Positions 1 to 12,187 of a stretch of DNA of 64,000 nucleotides are shown piece after piece. A model generated the notes under the pieces. That model saw only the letters and a program-made list of their open reading frames with translations. It was not told the origin of the DNA and ran no database searches. A program made the position numbers and the translations under genes. This stretch comes from Felis catus (lineage: Eukaryota): assembly GCF_018350175.1 (NCBI RefSeq), contig NC_058368.1, forward strand, positions 86,430,001 to 86,494,000. The letters are read 5' to 3'. Every line of letters starts with the position of its first letter. The stretch's first letter is position 1.

Positions 1-740
1 TCATCTGCAAACAGAGATATTTTAAATTTTCCTTGCCAAGTTTGATGTTTTGTATTTCTTTCTCTTACCTAATTGCTTTGGCCATGTCTTCCAGTACTGT
101 TCAATAGGATTGTAACTGTGTGTATCCTTGTGTTATTCCTGCTTTTAGAAGAAAAACTCAGCTTTCAATTTTTCTCCTTTCAATTTTGTGTTTGTTGTGG
201 GTTTGTTCTTTATTTTATTGAAGTACTTTATTTCCATACTCAATTTTGGAGAGTATCATGAAAAGATGTTGGCATTTATCAAATGTTTTTCTGCATCTAT
301 TCAGTTGATCATATATTTTAATTAATTTATTATTTTTATTGAAGTATTTTTGACAAAAATATTACTTCAGTTTCAGCTGTACAACATATTGATTCAACAC
401 CTTTATATTTAATGCTATATTTGCAAGTATAGCAACCATCTCTCACCATAAAATGCTATCACAATATCATTGACTATATTCCTTAAGCTTTATCTTTCAT
501 TTGCATAATTGAAAACTTGTATTTCCTTTTCCCCTTCACCCACTTTGTCCAATCCCCCACCAACCTCCTCTCAGGTAACACCAGTTTTATTGTATATAAT
601 TGGGTCTGTTTATTTGTTTTGTGTGTGGTGTCTGGAAGAGATACAGTTTCATACTTTTGAATGTGGCTAAACAATTTTCCCAACATTTATTCAAAAGACT
701 TTTACCCATTGTAATTTGTTGTCTCAATTTTTGTAGATTT
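1..740 (-). mobile_element. Old LINE-1 fragments (ORF2 and 3' end pieces)
   Basis: Antisense L1 text such as tcatctgcaaacagagat..., aaatgttttttctgcatctatt, and an L1 3'-end-like segment at ~330-600. Confidence 0.7.
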
Positions 741-865
741 TATTTATTTATTTATTTATTTATTTATTATGTAATCTTTAGTTTATTAGTGTTTAGTATC
801 ACATTTATTGATGTATGTATGATAAGCCATCCGTACATCACATTTACAAATTCTACTTAATCATT

Positions 866-1069
866 TTATTTATTTATTTATTTTTCAGAGAGAGACAGAG
901 AGAGCAAGTCAGGGAGAGGCAGAGAGAAAAGGAGAGAGAGAATCCCAAGCAGTGTCTTCACTGTCAGCACAGAGCTCGATGAGGGGCTTGAACCCACAAA
1001 CCGTGAGATCAGGACCTGAGCCGAAAACAAGAGTCAGACACTTAACCAACTGATCCACCCCGGCGTCCC
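866..1069 (-). mobile_element. Can-SINE (tRNA-derived)
   Basis: T-rich tail, (GA)n tract, reverse-complement head; 14-bp TSD tctacttaatcatt at 852-865 and 1070-1083. Confidence 0.92.
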
Positions 1070-1415
1070 TCTACTTAATCATTATGTGTGACACTTTTAT
1101 TTATTGTTTCTTTGTTTCAAGTTTTATGTAAATTCTAGTGAGTTAACATATTATGTAATATTATTTCCAGGACTAGAATATAGTGATTCATCACTTTCAG
1201 GTAACTCTGGAATGTTCATCACAAGTGCCATACTTTACACCTATGATCCATTTAGCCTGTCCCCTGCCTATCTCCCCTCCTGCAACCCTCAGTTTGTTCT
1301 CTATTGTTAAGTGTCTCTTACTGTTAGGGTCCCTGTCTTTTTTTTTTCCTCATTCCCCTACGTTTATCTGTTTGTTTCTTAAATTCCACATGTGAGTGAA
1401 ATCATATGGTATTTG

Positions 1416-1516
1416 TCTTGTATATGTATGTATGTATGTATGTGTGTATATATATATGTATACATACATACATACATATGTGTGTGTATATATATATATA
1501 CATACATACATACATA

Positions 1517-1552
<36 letters not shown>

Positions 1553-1755
1553 CATTTATACAAATAGCATATGATTTCACTCATATATATATACACACAA
1601 TCAAATACCATATGATTTCACTCATATATGTATATACACATATATATATATATATATACATTTAAACAAATAGCATATGATTTCACTCATATATATATAC
1701 ACACAATCAAATACCATATAATTTCACATATATATATATGTATATATACATACAA
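1416..1755. repeat. Complex (TA)/(TATG)/(CA) microsatellite containing four inverted copies of the adjacent L1 23-mer
   Basis: Read directly; see finding. Confidence 0.9.
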
Positions 1756-3245
1756 TCATCCCTTAGACATTTGAGCTCTTCCCATAATTTAGCTATTATT
1801 GATATTATTGATAATGTTGCTATAAACAATGGAATACATGTGCCCCTTTGAGTTTGTATTTTTTATTCTTTCAGTAAATACCTAGTAGCGCAATTGCTTA
1901 GTCTTTGGTTTGTTCTATTTTTAGCTTTTTGAAGAACCTCCAAACTATTTTCCATAGTGGCTGCAACAATTTACATTCCCACCAACAATGTAAGAGGGTT
2001 CCCCTTTCTCTGCATTCTCACCAACATCTGTTGTTTCCTGTGTTGTTAATTTTAGATATTCTGACATATATGAGGTGGTATCTCATCTTGGTTATGATTT
2101 GTATTTCCTTGATGATGAGTTATGTTTAGCATCTTTTCATGTGTCTGTGAGTCATCTGGATGTTTTCTTTGGAAAAGTGTCTATTCATGTCTTTTGCCAA
2201 TTTGTACTAACATCCTGCTAGCAATCTGCATGTCTTGTTTGGAAAAATGTCTGTTCATGGCTTCTGCCCATTTGTTAGCTAGATTATTTGTTTTTTGGGT
2301 AATCACTTCTATAAATATTTTGTACTGGTACAAATATAAGTACTTTGAAGATTTGTACAGTTGTACATTTGTACCTCTGCATTCCATAGGGTTAGACTGT
2401 TGTGTTTTCATTTTTATTTCATTCCATATCTTTTTCTTCTATAATTTCCTGGTTAGCTCATTTATTTTTCAGAATTTTCTTTAAATTTCATGTATTTTTG
2501 GTCTCTGCATTTTTTCTTGTAACTTTTCCAAGTTTTATAACATTCTAATCTGAAAACATGCATGATATGATATCAGTATTTTTGTACTTGTTGAGGCCTG
2601 ATTTGTGACCCAGTATGTGATTTATTCTGGGAAATGTTACATGTGTACTGAAGAAGAATGTGTCTTCTGCTGCTTTAGGATGAAATGTTCTGAATAGATC
2701 TGTTCATCTATCAGGTCCAGTGTGTCATTGAAAGCCTTTATTTCCTTATTGATTTTCTGCTTAGATGATCTGTCCATTGCTATATGTAGGGTGCTAAAGT
2801 CGCCTACTATTATTGTATTATTATTTATGAGTTTTGTTTGTTATTAATTGATTTATATATCTGGGTACTTACAAACTGCCAACAAAATATTTACAATTGC
2901 TATATATTCTTTGTGGATAGACCCCTAAATTATGATAAAGTGCCCTCCCTTATTCATCTCTTGTTATAGCCTTTGGTTCAAAGCCTAGTTTTTATGATAT
3001 ATGTGTCCTACTCTGGCTTTCTTTGGTGATAATTACATGATAAACTGTTCTCCATCCCCTCACTTTCAATCTGCAAGTGTTAGGTAGCATATAGATGGGT
3101 TTTGTTATTTTATCCATTCTGATATCTTATATCTTTTTATTGGACCATATAGTCCATTTACATTCAAAGTAATTTTTATAGATAAGAATTTTGTTCCACT
3201 GTATTACCTGTAAAATCGCTCTTGAGATTTTGTCTGTTGCTTTCT

Positions 3246-3281
3246 TTTTTTAAGCTTTTTTTTCAAAGTTTATTTATTTAT

Positions 3282-3318
<37 letters not shown>

Positions 3319-3484
3319 AAGCATGGGAGGGGCACAAATAGAGGGAGAGAGAAAGAATCCCAAGCAGGCTTTGCACTGTCAGTGAGGAGCCCAATGTGGG
3401 GTTCAAACCCACAAACCGTGAGATTATGACCTGAGCTGAAATCAAGAGACAGATGCTTAACTGACTAAAACATGCAGGTGTCCC
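3246..3484 (-). mobile_element. Can-SINE inserted in L1
   Basis: Long (GA)n tract; TSD tctgttg/cctttct at 3233-3245 and 3485-3497. Confidence 0.92.
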
Positions 3485-6400
3485 TCTGTTCCTTTCTAGT
3501 CTTTGATTTTGGTCTTTCTTTGCCACTTCAAGTGTCCCCTTTAATATTTCTTGCTGGGATGGTTTAGTAATCACAAACTCCTCTAGTTTTTGTTTATCTT
3601 GGAAGGTCTTTATCCCTCCTTCTATTCTAACTGACAGCCTTGATGGATAAAGTATTCCTGGTTGCATCTTTAACCCCCTTCATGATGTTGAATATAACAT
3701 GCCACTTACTTCTGGCCTGTCAGGTTTCTAAAGTGTGGTCTACTGCTCACTTGATTTATCTTCCCTTGTAGGTTAGGGATTTCTTTTCCCTTGGTGTTTT
3801 CAGGATTCTTTTCTTATCTCTATATTTTGCAAATTGTACTTCAATATATCTTGTTGCAGGCTTTTTGTTGAATTTTATAGGAGTTTTTTGTGCTTCCTGG
3901 ATTTGAATGCCTGTTTCCTTCCCCAGATTAGGAATGTTTTCAGCTAAGGTTTTCTCAAATGAACTTTCTGCACTTTTCCCCTGTCTTCTTCTGTAACTCT
4001 TGTGATAAGAATGTTATCACACATTATGGAGTCAGGTGAGTTCTCTAAGTCTACATTTGTGATCCATTACTTTCCATTCTCTCTTTTGTTCAGCTTCATT
4101 ATTTTCCACAATTCTATTTTCTATAGCACTGATTCTCTCCTCTGTGTTGTCCATTCTCATTCTCATTGCCTGCTGTCAGTTTTTCATTTTGGTTGTAACT
4201 TTTTTTGGGGGGGCCTGACTAGCGTTTAGGTCTTTTACCTCTGCAGAAAGGGATTCTATACTGTCTTTTAGGTTTTTCTCAAGCCCAGATAATATCCTTA
4301 TTTTAAAATTTTGTTCAGGCATATTATTCATGTATTTTTATTAGATCCTTTGCCACAACTTCTCATTTTCTGGGGTGACTAATTCCTCCTTTTTTGAAAT
4401 TTGCTTAGACCTCTGTCTATTGTGTGTTAGTAAAATCTGTTACATTTCCTGGTCCTGAGAGTAATCGCTATATTAAGAAAGGTCCTATACTGTCCATGGC
4501 TGGAATGTCAGGGTTTTTTTTTTCTTTTTCTTTCTTTCTTTCTTTTTTTTTTTTTTTTTTTCTGTGTGGACTCTGCTCTTCTGTTTTGGTTGCTTTTTCT
4601 GTCAGATAAGTCCTATGCCGAATTTCTTCTTGCCTGCAGTGTGGAGTGTTTGGATCTGGTCCAGTGTGTCGTGAGTTTTAACTGTGTTTTCATTTGCTTG
4701 TTAGAAAAGGCTAGATCTTATTTCCTTTAGAACTGAAGCTTTGCAACACTCTATGATAAATAGACTTTGTGTGTGCAGGGGGGTGGGGTGGCGTGCTGGT
4801 TTTCTTTGGAAGGGGCCTGATGCACTGGTTTTCAGGCCAACTTGTCCTTGTAATGATGCACCTGCAGGACAGAGTGGGGCTGGGCTTGGAGTAAGGCACT
4901 CCAGCCTCCACTCATGTGCTGTATTGCCCACTGAAGTCTGTCCATAATGATGAGCAGAGGGAAATGGTATCACCCACTCTCTCATCCACAGAAAAGGGAG
5001 TTTGCACCCACTGCTGTTCAGGTAGCCCTCACAGAAGAGTGAACAATCTCCCCTCAGGTGTCCTAAGCTTCTGTCAGAACTTGCCTTCACCCTGTGTCCG
5101 AGCCATCTCTCTGCCTGGTGGCACAGTATTGCTGTGTTTTATCTCAGGTGTGTGGCTGAGTTTCAAAGCTCTAGGGATCTGGTGTGGTGCAGACCTGTGC
5201 TCACCCTCTGCGTCTCTTTGTGTTGTGGCTGATGATGGTTTGTCCTAGAAAAGCAGTCACAAGACCATGTGGGATTTGGAGTTTATGGTAAAGCCCAGTC
5301 AAAAGCTGGCTACCAAGTTGGCTGCCTTCATCAGGTGCCTCTGCTGCTAAGCTAATTAATGCAGCCACCCAATGGAACCCACTTACTCTTTTGTTCCCTG
5401 TGAGGTAATGCAGCCTCTCCTCAGTGCACTTCAAGCAGAGGAACTGTTTCTCCCTGTGCAACCCAGAGGAAACAAAGGCCACCTTGTCCACTCTTGGGCC
5501 TCTGCCTTCCTTTCCCACAGGAGCACTGCTAAGCCCAACTGGCATGACCCCAGAAATGGTGGGACATCTAAAACTTCAGACTTTGAGCACCACTGCTTAT
5601 AAAAACTGTGACAGTCAGGCCCTTTCCTTTCCACAGGCAATGGTTTTAGTGAAGAGTTTCTCTTGTGCAATCCCCTGTACACTATTTTCACTTTCTCTTT
5701 CTTACTCCTCTTTCTGTGATCAGGACTCCTTCCTCTGTAGCACGTGCAATTACTTTCTCCTCCAAATCAACTCTCTGTATCTCCTACCTTCTACAATGTG
5801 ACCATTTTTTTTTCTTCCTCTACATGTGCAGTTTGTTCTCAGTCTGATTTCTTGAATTTTCAAAATGATTTGATATCTATCTGGCTGTGTTTGAAAAATG
5901 AAGCAAGCATAGGGTCACCTTACTTTTCCACAGGCTTAATTCCTCTCCAATAGCCATGTCTTTACATTGGATATTCAAGTTAGAAGGTGCTAAATTCTGT
6001 GAATGCTTGTGTCCACAATATGATTTTTTTCTGAAATAGGACATGTGTATTTGTCATTTCCTTCCAAGTCCAAAATAGTTGCATAGTATTTTTTTTTCCT
6101 TTATTTCTAGAATCAGGAATCAGATATCATGATTTACATTCTTGTACTGTCTGATGTTCACTACCTAAAAACAATTGTCTCCTATGTTTTATTTATAGCC
6201 TGACTTTTTTGGGGATAGATAGTCTGGCTTTAAGGTACTATTTACATAGACACAACTAGATGTGAAAGTTATATTATTTTATGATGTAACAATGTTTTTG
6301 TTGGTTTTTTTTTTTGTTTGTTTGCTTTTTTGTATTGGAAAATGAATCATGCACCTGAAATTAAGGAAAACATAATTTTGGATAAAATAATAGGTTTGAA

Positions 6401-6989
6401 ACAGCCATATCTCTCTCCTTCTGTCTCCCAAACTATTAGATGATAGGGAAGTTGAGAAATGTTTCCTCAGAAAGAATACAATAGTGGAGAAGAAATTGAA
6501 TATGAAATATTGTGGATTAGTTACTTTGTGTAAGAAGAGAGTTTGTTCAAAATAGAGATAAGACAATAGATCTGTTATCCACTTTGAAAGTTTACAAATT
6601 ACTCCAACTCCTGGAGGCAGGAGTTTAATGTAGAGTATGCAGAATTTGAAACAGAGATTAGAGTTGGATATATCAGGTATTGCAGAAATGGTAGTGGGGA
6701 AAAATGGATACATAAATAGATAGGTATTGAATAGAGACATTAACTATTTTGAAGACATTAATTAACTTTAAGATATTTTACAGAATTCATGTGACCAGTC
6801 TTCCACTAAGCTCAATATTCTGTGATTTTTACTTCTGGAGAAAAACCCACCTTAAAATGGATATTTATGACCTGTCAAAATTTCTACTTCCTTCTCAATG
6901 AAGCTCAGCTGTACAGCAAATTCAGCCCATAAACCCAACATTTCATAAACTCCCTCCCTCTTAATTATAAAATCAGAGATCATCAGGTG

Positions 6990-7565
6990 AGTGTGAAAAT
7001 TCTAATTTTAAAGATAGAAAATAAGATATCAGTAATATTAATAGAGAATAGAAACCAAGAAAAAAAAAGAAGTATTGCAGAAATATTGAAGGAAATATTG
7101 AAACCAAGAATAAAATTTCTCATAAAAAAGGAAAATTCTTCTATAGAGAACTATATAAATATTATTAATATCTGAATGTAAAATACAGAAAAACATTGAC
7201 ATGGTAAAGATGTAAGGATAGTTTAGGAGACTTCCATGAAGAGTTAAATGAGAAACAGAAAAAATAAAGGTTAGAGAGACAGCATTAAAAATAATAGCAA
7301 TTAAGGAAGTCAAAATAATAAATTTCCTGAGAGAGGGAAGAAAAGAAAAACAAAAAAAAAGGTATCAAAAATTTTTAAAAAGGGAAGATAATTCATTAAA
7401 AGAATAAAATGAGTTTAAGAATGAAAGGCTCCATTTTATTCTCTGAACAAGGATCTGTAAACAGAAACTTTACAACATGGTAAAATACTGTGAAATCCAT
7501 GAGCACAAGAAACAAAGAGACTCCCTCAAGATCATTCAGCAAGAGAATAAACAAATATGCATAAA
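6990..7565 (+). mobile_element. Ancient L1M/HAL1 ORF1-like purine-rich remnant (appears to resume after the LTR to ~8400)
   Basis: A-rich sequence resembling an ORF1 region (aatttcctgagagagggaagaaaag..., aaaatactgtgaaatccatgagcacaag); highly degraded. Confidence 0.4.
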
Positions 7566-8284
7566 TGTGAGGAAAAAGCATAGGAATTCCCTGAGCTTGC
7601 ATAAGTGGGTTAACAAGACATAAGAAAAATAGAAAGCCACAGGATGAATGCATCCAAGATTATTAGGCAAATAAGATTAGGTAACCAGGTCAAAGGCCCC
7701 CAGTATAGGAATAGGAAATCTCAGGATGAAATTGTCCAAAATGATATAAACAAGATTAGGTATTCAGGGTGGAAATGCCTCCCAATTTAGTACAATAGCA
7801 AAAGGCTGCTTTCACAGGAAGAAAGGACCAAAATAGGTAAACAGATAAACAGGGCTATAGACCTCTGTAGGGCGAAGTTGCCTGGAGCAGAACTAATTAG
7901 CAAAAGAAAGGTGCCTTGTTGACCCTGAGGTACCAGGCTCTTTCTTGTCCCCAGGCAAGTTTAGGTAAAGGGAGGTGGTGCCTCATATCTGCTGTAAAAA
8001 ACCTTCCACCCAGCACCAGGATTTTGTTTCCTGTTGGCCCAATCCCCTAACACTGCATATCTTCAAAAGCCCCTTTCCCTCATGCCCATGAGTGAATGTT
8101 TATGATTTCATTGTCTTTGCTCACATCCATCACACTTGTAAATCTTCTGATCCTAATAAAAACAGAGCAAGGACCCTTAGTCAGGGCTTTTGTCTCCTCT
8201 CAGACATTAGTCTCTCTCACACTTTAATCCTGAATCCACTCTCTTTTTGGGCAACAGAGAACTCCAGACAGAGTCTATGGCACA
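7566..8284 (+). mobile_element. Solo endogenous retrovirus LTR (ERV1-like), 719 bp
   Basis: Termini TGTG...CACA, 4-bp TSD TAAA (7562-7565 and 8285-8288), AATAAA at 8155-8160, higher GC than flanks. Confidence 0.8.
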
Positions 8285-8789
8285 TAAACATAAAATTATT
8301 GTGAGTTTAAGTGCATAGGTCATCAATATAGATAAAGAGGAGGGAAGACAGAGAAACAACCTCAAATCCTAAAAAGTCAAATTTAAAGTATTTACAAGAT
8401 CAAATTAACAATATTTATGGGAGTAGAATCCTTGAATATCTAGAAAATGTTACTTTGTTGTCTCTTTTTGGCTGTCTAATGTACAATACAATTTTTCTGG
8501 TCATAGTATTTTAGGTTTAAATTTACTTTCTCAAAAATATCACTCAAAAATAATATCATTATCTGAAAAAATCTCTTAAGCACATGAGATTAGGGTTTAT
8601 AAAACAAAAATAGACTAAGGTTTTGTTAAAGGAGAACTTTAGGTATCACTATAAAAATATATTCATGAACAAAATACCTCTCTCACCTCTCCTACATGCT
8701 TTTTCTAAGTCATCATGAACCCTCATTAGGAATAGAGACATAGCATTCATTTTTTATTTCCAGTTAGTTTCTCCACAGCCTGCACTTGT

Positions 8790-9256
8790 CAGAGACTGTG
8801 ATCAGTTTTAAATATAAATTGATCATTTACTTTCTCTACTCAAAGTCATCTGTGGTTTCCTCTCATTCAGAGTAAAAGTTAACAACTTCACATGAACTGC
8901 AGTGTCTGCTGGCCTTGCAGCTATTTCTTTTTATTTTTTCATTTTTTTATATATAATTAAATCCTCATCTAGTTTATTGTTGCCTGGTTCCCTGAAGTTG
9001 CACTAGACTCTGAAGCCCCCATGTCACAACCTCACCATGTGCTTTTCTTGGACCCATTTTAGTCCTATTCTCTCTGGGACTACACTCTTTTTTGTTCTGT
9101 GTGCATCCCACTTCTTTTCCAATGTTTCTGTCTCCTGGTGAAAGACAGTGAGGTTAGAGCTCACTTTTGAACTTTGAATCACTGCATTGGTTTTACTGAA
9201 GTGGTGCCAAAAACTGGTTGTGATCCATGGGCAACACTCAATATATCATGACTGAA
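8790..9256 (+). mobile_element. L2 (LINE-2) 3' fragments
   Basis: aaatataaattgatcatttactttctctactcaaagtcatctgtggtttcctctcattcagagtaaaag resembles L2a; L2-tail-like sequence at ~9130-9256. Confidence 0.5.
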
Positions 9257-10202
9257 ACATCACACACACACACACATACAATCTACTGATTTTACTAATT
9301 ATTCAGTGAGATTTATATTGGCTGGTGGCAATTAAGCAACTCAGTCGAGAAAAACATAACATTTTTTTCCCTTTGGAATAGGGCAGCTCGATAAATTAAG
9401 GTCTTGGACAATTCAAGTAGACAAGAGACTAGTAAGAGACGTAAAATTGCCAAGTTCTTTAAGTCCCATATTTCTTCCTATTGACATAACGATAAAGCTT
9501 GTTATGGAAATCATATGACTTTTCAGAGGATCAATGCATGTAATCATCTGTATTGAAATGAGATTTTATATCCTTCTGCCCTTGTGATGGTAATAGTTAA
9601 AAATACAACTGGAACTTTCACATACCAGGTTTGGAGGTATACTATTAAATGATTTATTTGGAAGAAAAAAAAACATTTAAGCTTAAAATGTTTTAGATAC
9701 AATAATTTATTTTGGATATGAGAAAAATAGGAGTTAAAAATACTAATTTCACAAATAATGAAAACCAAGAAAATGTAAAGGTATGGTCTTATTCTGCTGC
9801 ACAGATTGTTTGATTTAAAAATGCCAGGTTTCTGTAGTCAGATTCACTGGGAGAAATATATACATATGCAAATACACACACACACACACACACACATATA
9901 ATATATATATATATTACTCAATTTAAGAGACTCCACTTTTTATGATTTTTAATACTTCTATCATATTATAATATTTTGAATTAGAGCATATATGACAATT
10001 GCCAGCTGTATAACTGTAACACACTAAGCTTAAATTGTATTAAATGTTAAATTAAATCATAATTAATAAGAATAGGTACTGAAGAAAGAAACTCAAGGTG
10101 AAACTAAAAAAAAAAAAACACTAAGTGTTGAAAGTGGAATGCTATATTTTTTATCCCCCCAAATATTAATCACATGTATAAATTAGAATCCTCAAGAACT
10201 CT

Positions 10203-10414
10203 GTATTTAAAGTTTATATATTTTTGAGAGAAGGAGAGAGAGAAAGAGAGAGAGAGAGAGCAGGAAAGGGGCAGAGAGAGAGGGAGACAGAGAATCTCAA
10301 ACAGGCTCCACACTGTCAGCACAGAGGCTGACATGAGGCTTGAACTCACAAACTGTGAGATCATGACCTGAACCAAAGTTGGACGCTTAACAGACTAAGC
10401 CACCCAGGCACCCC
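10203..10414 (-). mobile_element. Can-SINE
   Basis: TSD tcaagaactct/tcaagagctct (10192-10202, 10416-10426). Confidence 0.92.
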
Positions 10415-11439
10415 TTCAAGAGCTCTTTAAGCTAATATTTCCCAATCATTTTATATCTATCACATTAGAGATGACAAGCATATATAGAAATCATTCTATT
10501 TGTAGCTCTGAACTTCTGAGTTTTTCTTCCTCCATCACTTGAGCTGTTAGTAGTATTATAAGATGAAGAATTTATAGTATTTCTACAGGGACAGTAGTAC
10601 ATGTATATAAAATTTAATTATTAAAAACATATTTTAAATCATTCAGAATATTTTTACGTCTTGGACTAAAATATATTGTAAAATTTATTGCATTGTTTTC
10701 TTTAAAGTTTCTGCAATTATATTTTTTAATATATTAAAATTTTTATATTACTATTTCCCAATTCCAGCAACCACTATTTACTCAGGATCGTTCCATTGTC
10801 CATCACAATAGAGAGATGTTGATCACATATGTGGGATAATTAAAATAAGAAGAAGGTGTGGGAGAAAATATTGTATAGTGCATCTTTATAGTTCCCTAAA
10901 TTTGCATGAAGCCTGATTAATAAAATCTGTACAAACAGAAGACACCAAATGTCACTGTAAATCAAATTGACAACGACACTCATGAGACTAAAACTATTTG
11001 GATTTATCTCCTACAGTGTGTGGTCTGTTCTTCTCTGCCAGAGATTTGCATTAATTTTATGGGAAGAAAAGAAGAAGACAAGGAACGAGATTGGACAGGA
11101 GGTGGACTTGAAAACTGTTATAGTTTGCAAGTACAAATATTTTAGTATTAGATGTGTAAATATGATGAAAAAGGAAAAAAAAAGTTTGTGAGGAAAATAT
11201 TTTTTTTCACTAATGATATAGTGGGAGAAATCAGATGACAGTATGAATAATGAATTAATTGGTGATGAGGAGGTCAATAATCTTAGCTAAAACAATGTAG
11301 GATTTTTGATGACTAAATCAGGACATGTATCATATGAAAGTATGCACATAAAACCATGTAATTTTATGATAAATATTTTGAGTTTTGTGCATGAGAACAA
11401 AGTTAGATTGATTTCTATTTAATCTCTCTATTAAACATT

Positions 11440-11654
11440 GTATTTATTTATTTATTTTGATGTTTATTTGTGTTTAAGTGTGAGAGAGTGTGAGCAGGGG
11501 AGGGGCAGAGAGAGAAGGAGACACAGAATCTGAAGCAGGCTCCAGGCTCTGAGATGTCACCACAGAGCCTGACGCAGGGCTCAAACCCATGGACCATGAG
11601 ATCATGACCTGAGCCAAAGTCAGAGGCTCAACAGATTGAGCCACCCAGGTACCC
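11440..11654 (-). mobile_element. Can-SINE
   Basis: TSD tattaaacatt (11429-11439, 11658-11668); feliform-type gacacagaatctgaagcaggctccaggctctgag segment. Confidence 0.92.
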
Positions 11655-12146
11655 TAGTATTAAACATTTTAAGTGTAAGGACATCTCTAAATTAAGCAGA
11701 CAGTAAGTAGATTAAAGATTTCATAGGATAGATTGGAGGTCTGTAATCATTTTCTTTCTAAGAATTGTTTACTATTCCACTCCTTGAAGGTGTGCTGAAA
11801 CAGGTTTTGTTAGTCATAGGATAATCATGATATAGGGACCATGTGACTAAGACGCAACTTAATAGTTGTTGGTTTGTCACTTTGAATTTACTGAGAAATG
11901 TGGGAAGGATACATGACATGCTTTTCATGTTTTGATAAGAACTGTTGAAAATTTCAATGCTTCAACAATTTTCATAGGACATATGTTGAAACACATTTAC
12001 AAGAACTGAAAATAAAGTGGTTCAATAAAATAATATTACTCAAGTAATTATTGGTGGTTGATATAATGTGTAGGAGTTAGATTTCTCTGGTAAATAGTTT
12101 GTATGATTGCCATTGTAGAAACACATTTTATGTTCAATATTGAAAA

Positions 12147-12184
12147 GTTGACAATGATATTTTATTTCTCTATTTTTTATACAG
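12147..12184 (+). promoter_or_regulatory. 3' splice acceptor (branch-like TTGAC, polypyrimidine tract, CAG) in front of the OR coding exon
   Basis: ...gttgac...tttatttctctattttttatacAG|attATG; AG at 12183-12184, 3 nt before the ATG. ORs typically have 5' non-coding exons. Confidence 0.65.
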
Positions 12185-12187
12185 ATT

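Larger units (their letters stand above)
1095..5948 (-). mobile_element. Decayed carnivore LINE-1 with 3' end, large internal ORF2 gap, EN region, ORF1 and 5' UTR (may be composite)
   Basis: 3' end at ~1100; ORF2 C-terminal remnant (KWAEAMNRHFSKQDMQIA); ORF1 C-terminus ILYPSRLSVRIEGGIKTFQDKQKLEEF (3278-3667 -); GC-richer 5' UTR at ~4400-5948. Confidence 0.85.

Noticed and set aside
1350..1665. Overlapping ORFs rich in Y/I/H/T/V/C
   Set aside because: Translations of TA/CA microsatellite.
4701..5953. Cluster of 60-130-aa ORFs in GC-richer DNA (also 34435-35091, 36070-36724, 57613-59373)
   Set aside because: These are L1 5' UTR regions; no recognisable protein motifs, and ORFs are expected from the lower stop-codon density.
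6279..6740. 153-aa minus-strand ORF
   Set aside because: Starts at a non-ATG codon, no recognisable domain, low-complexity end; likely chance.
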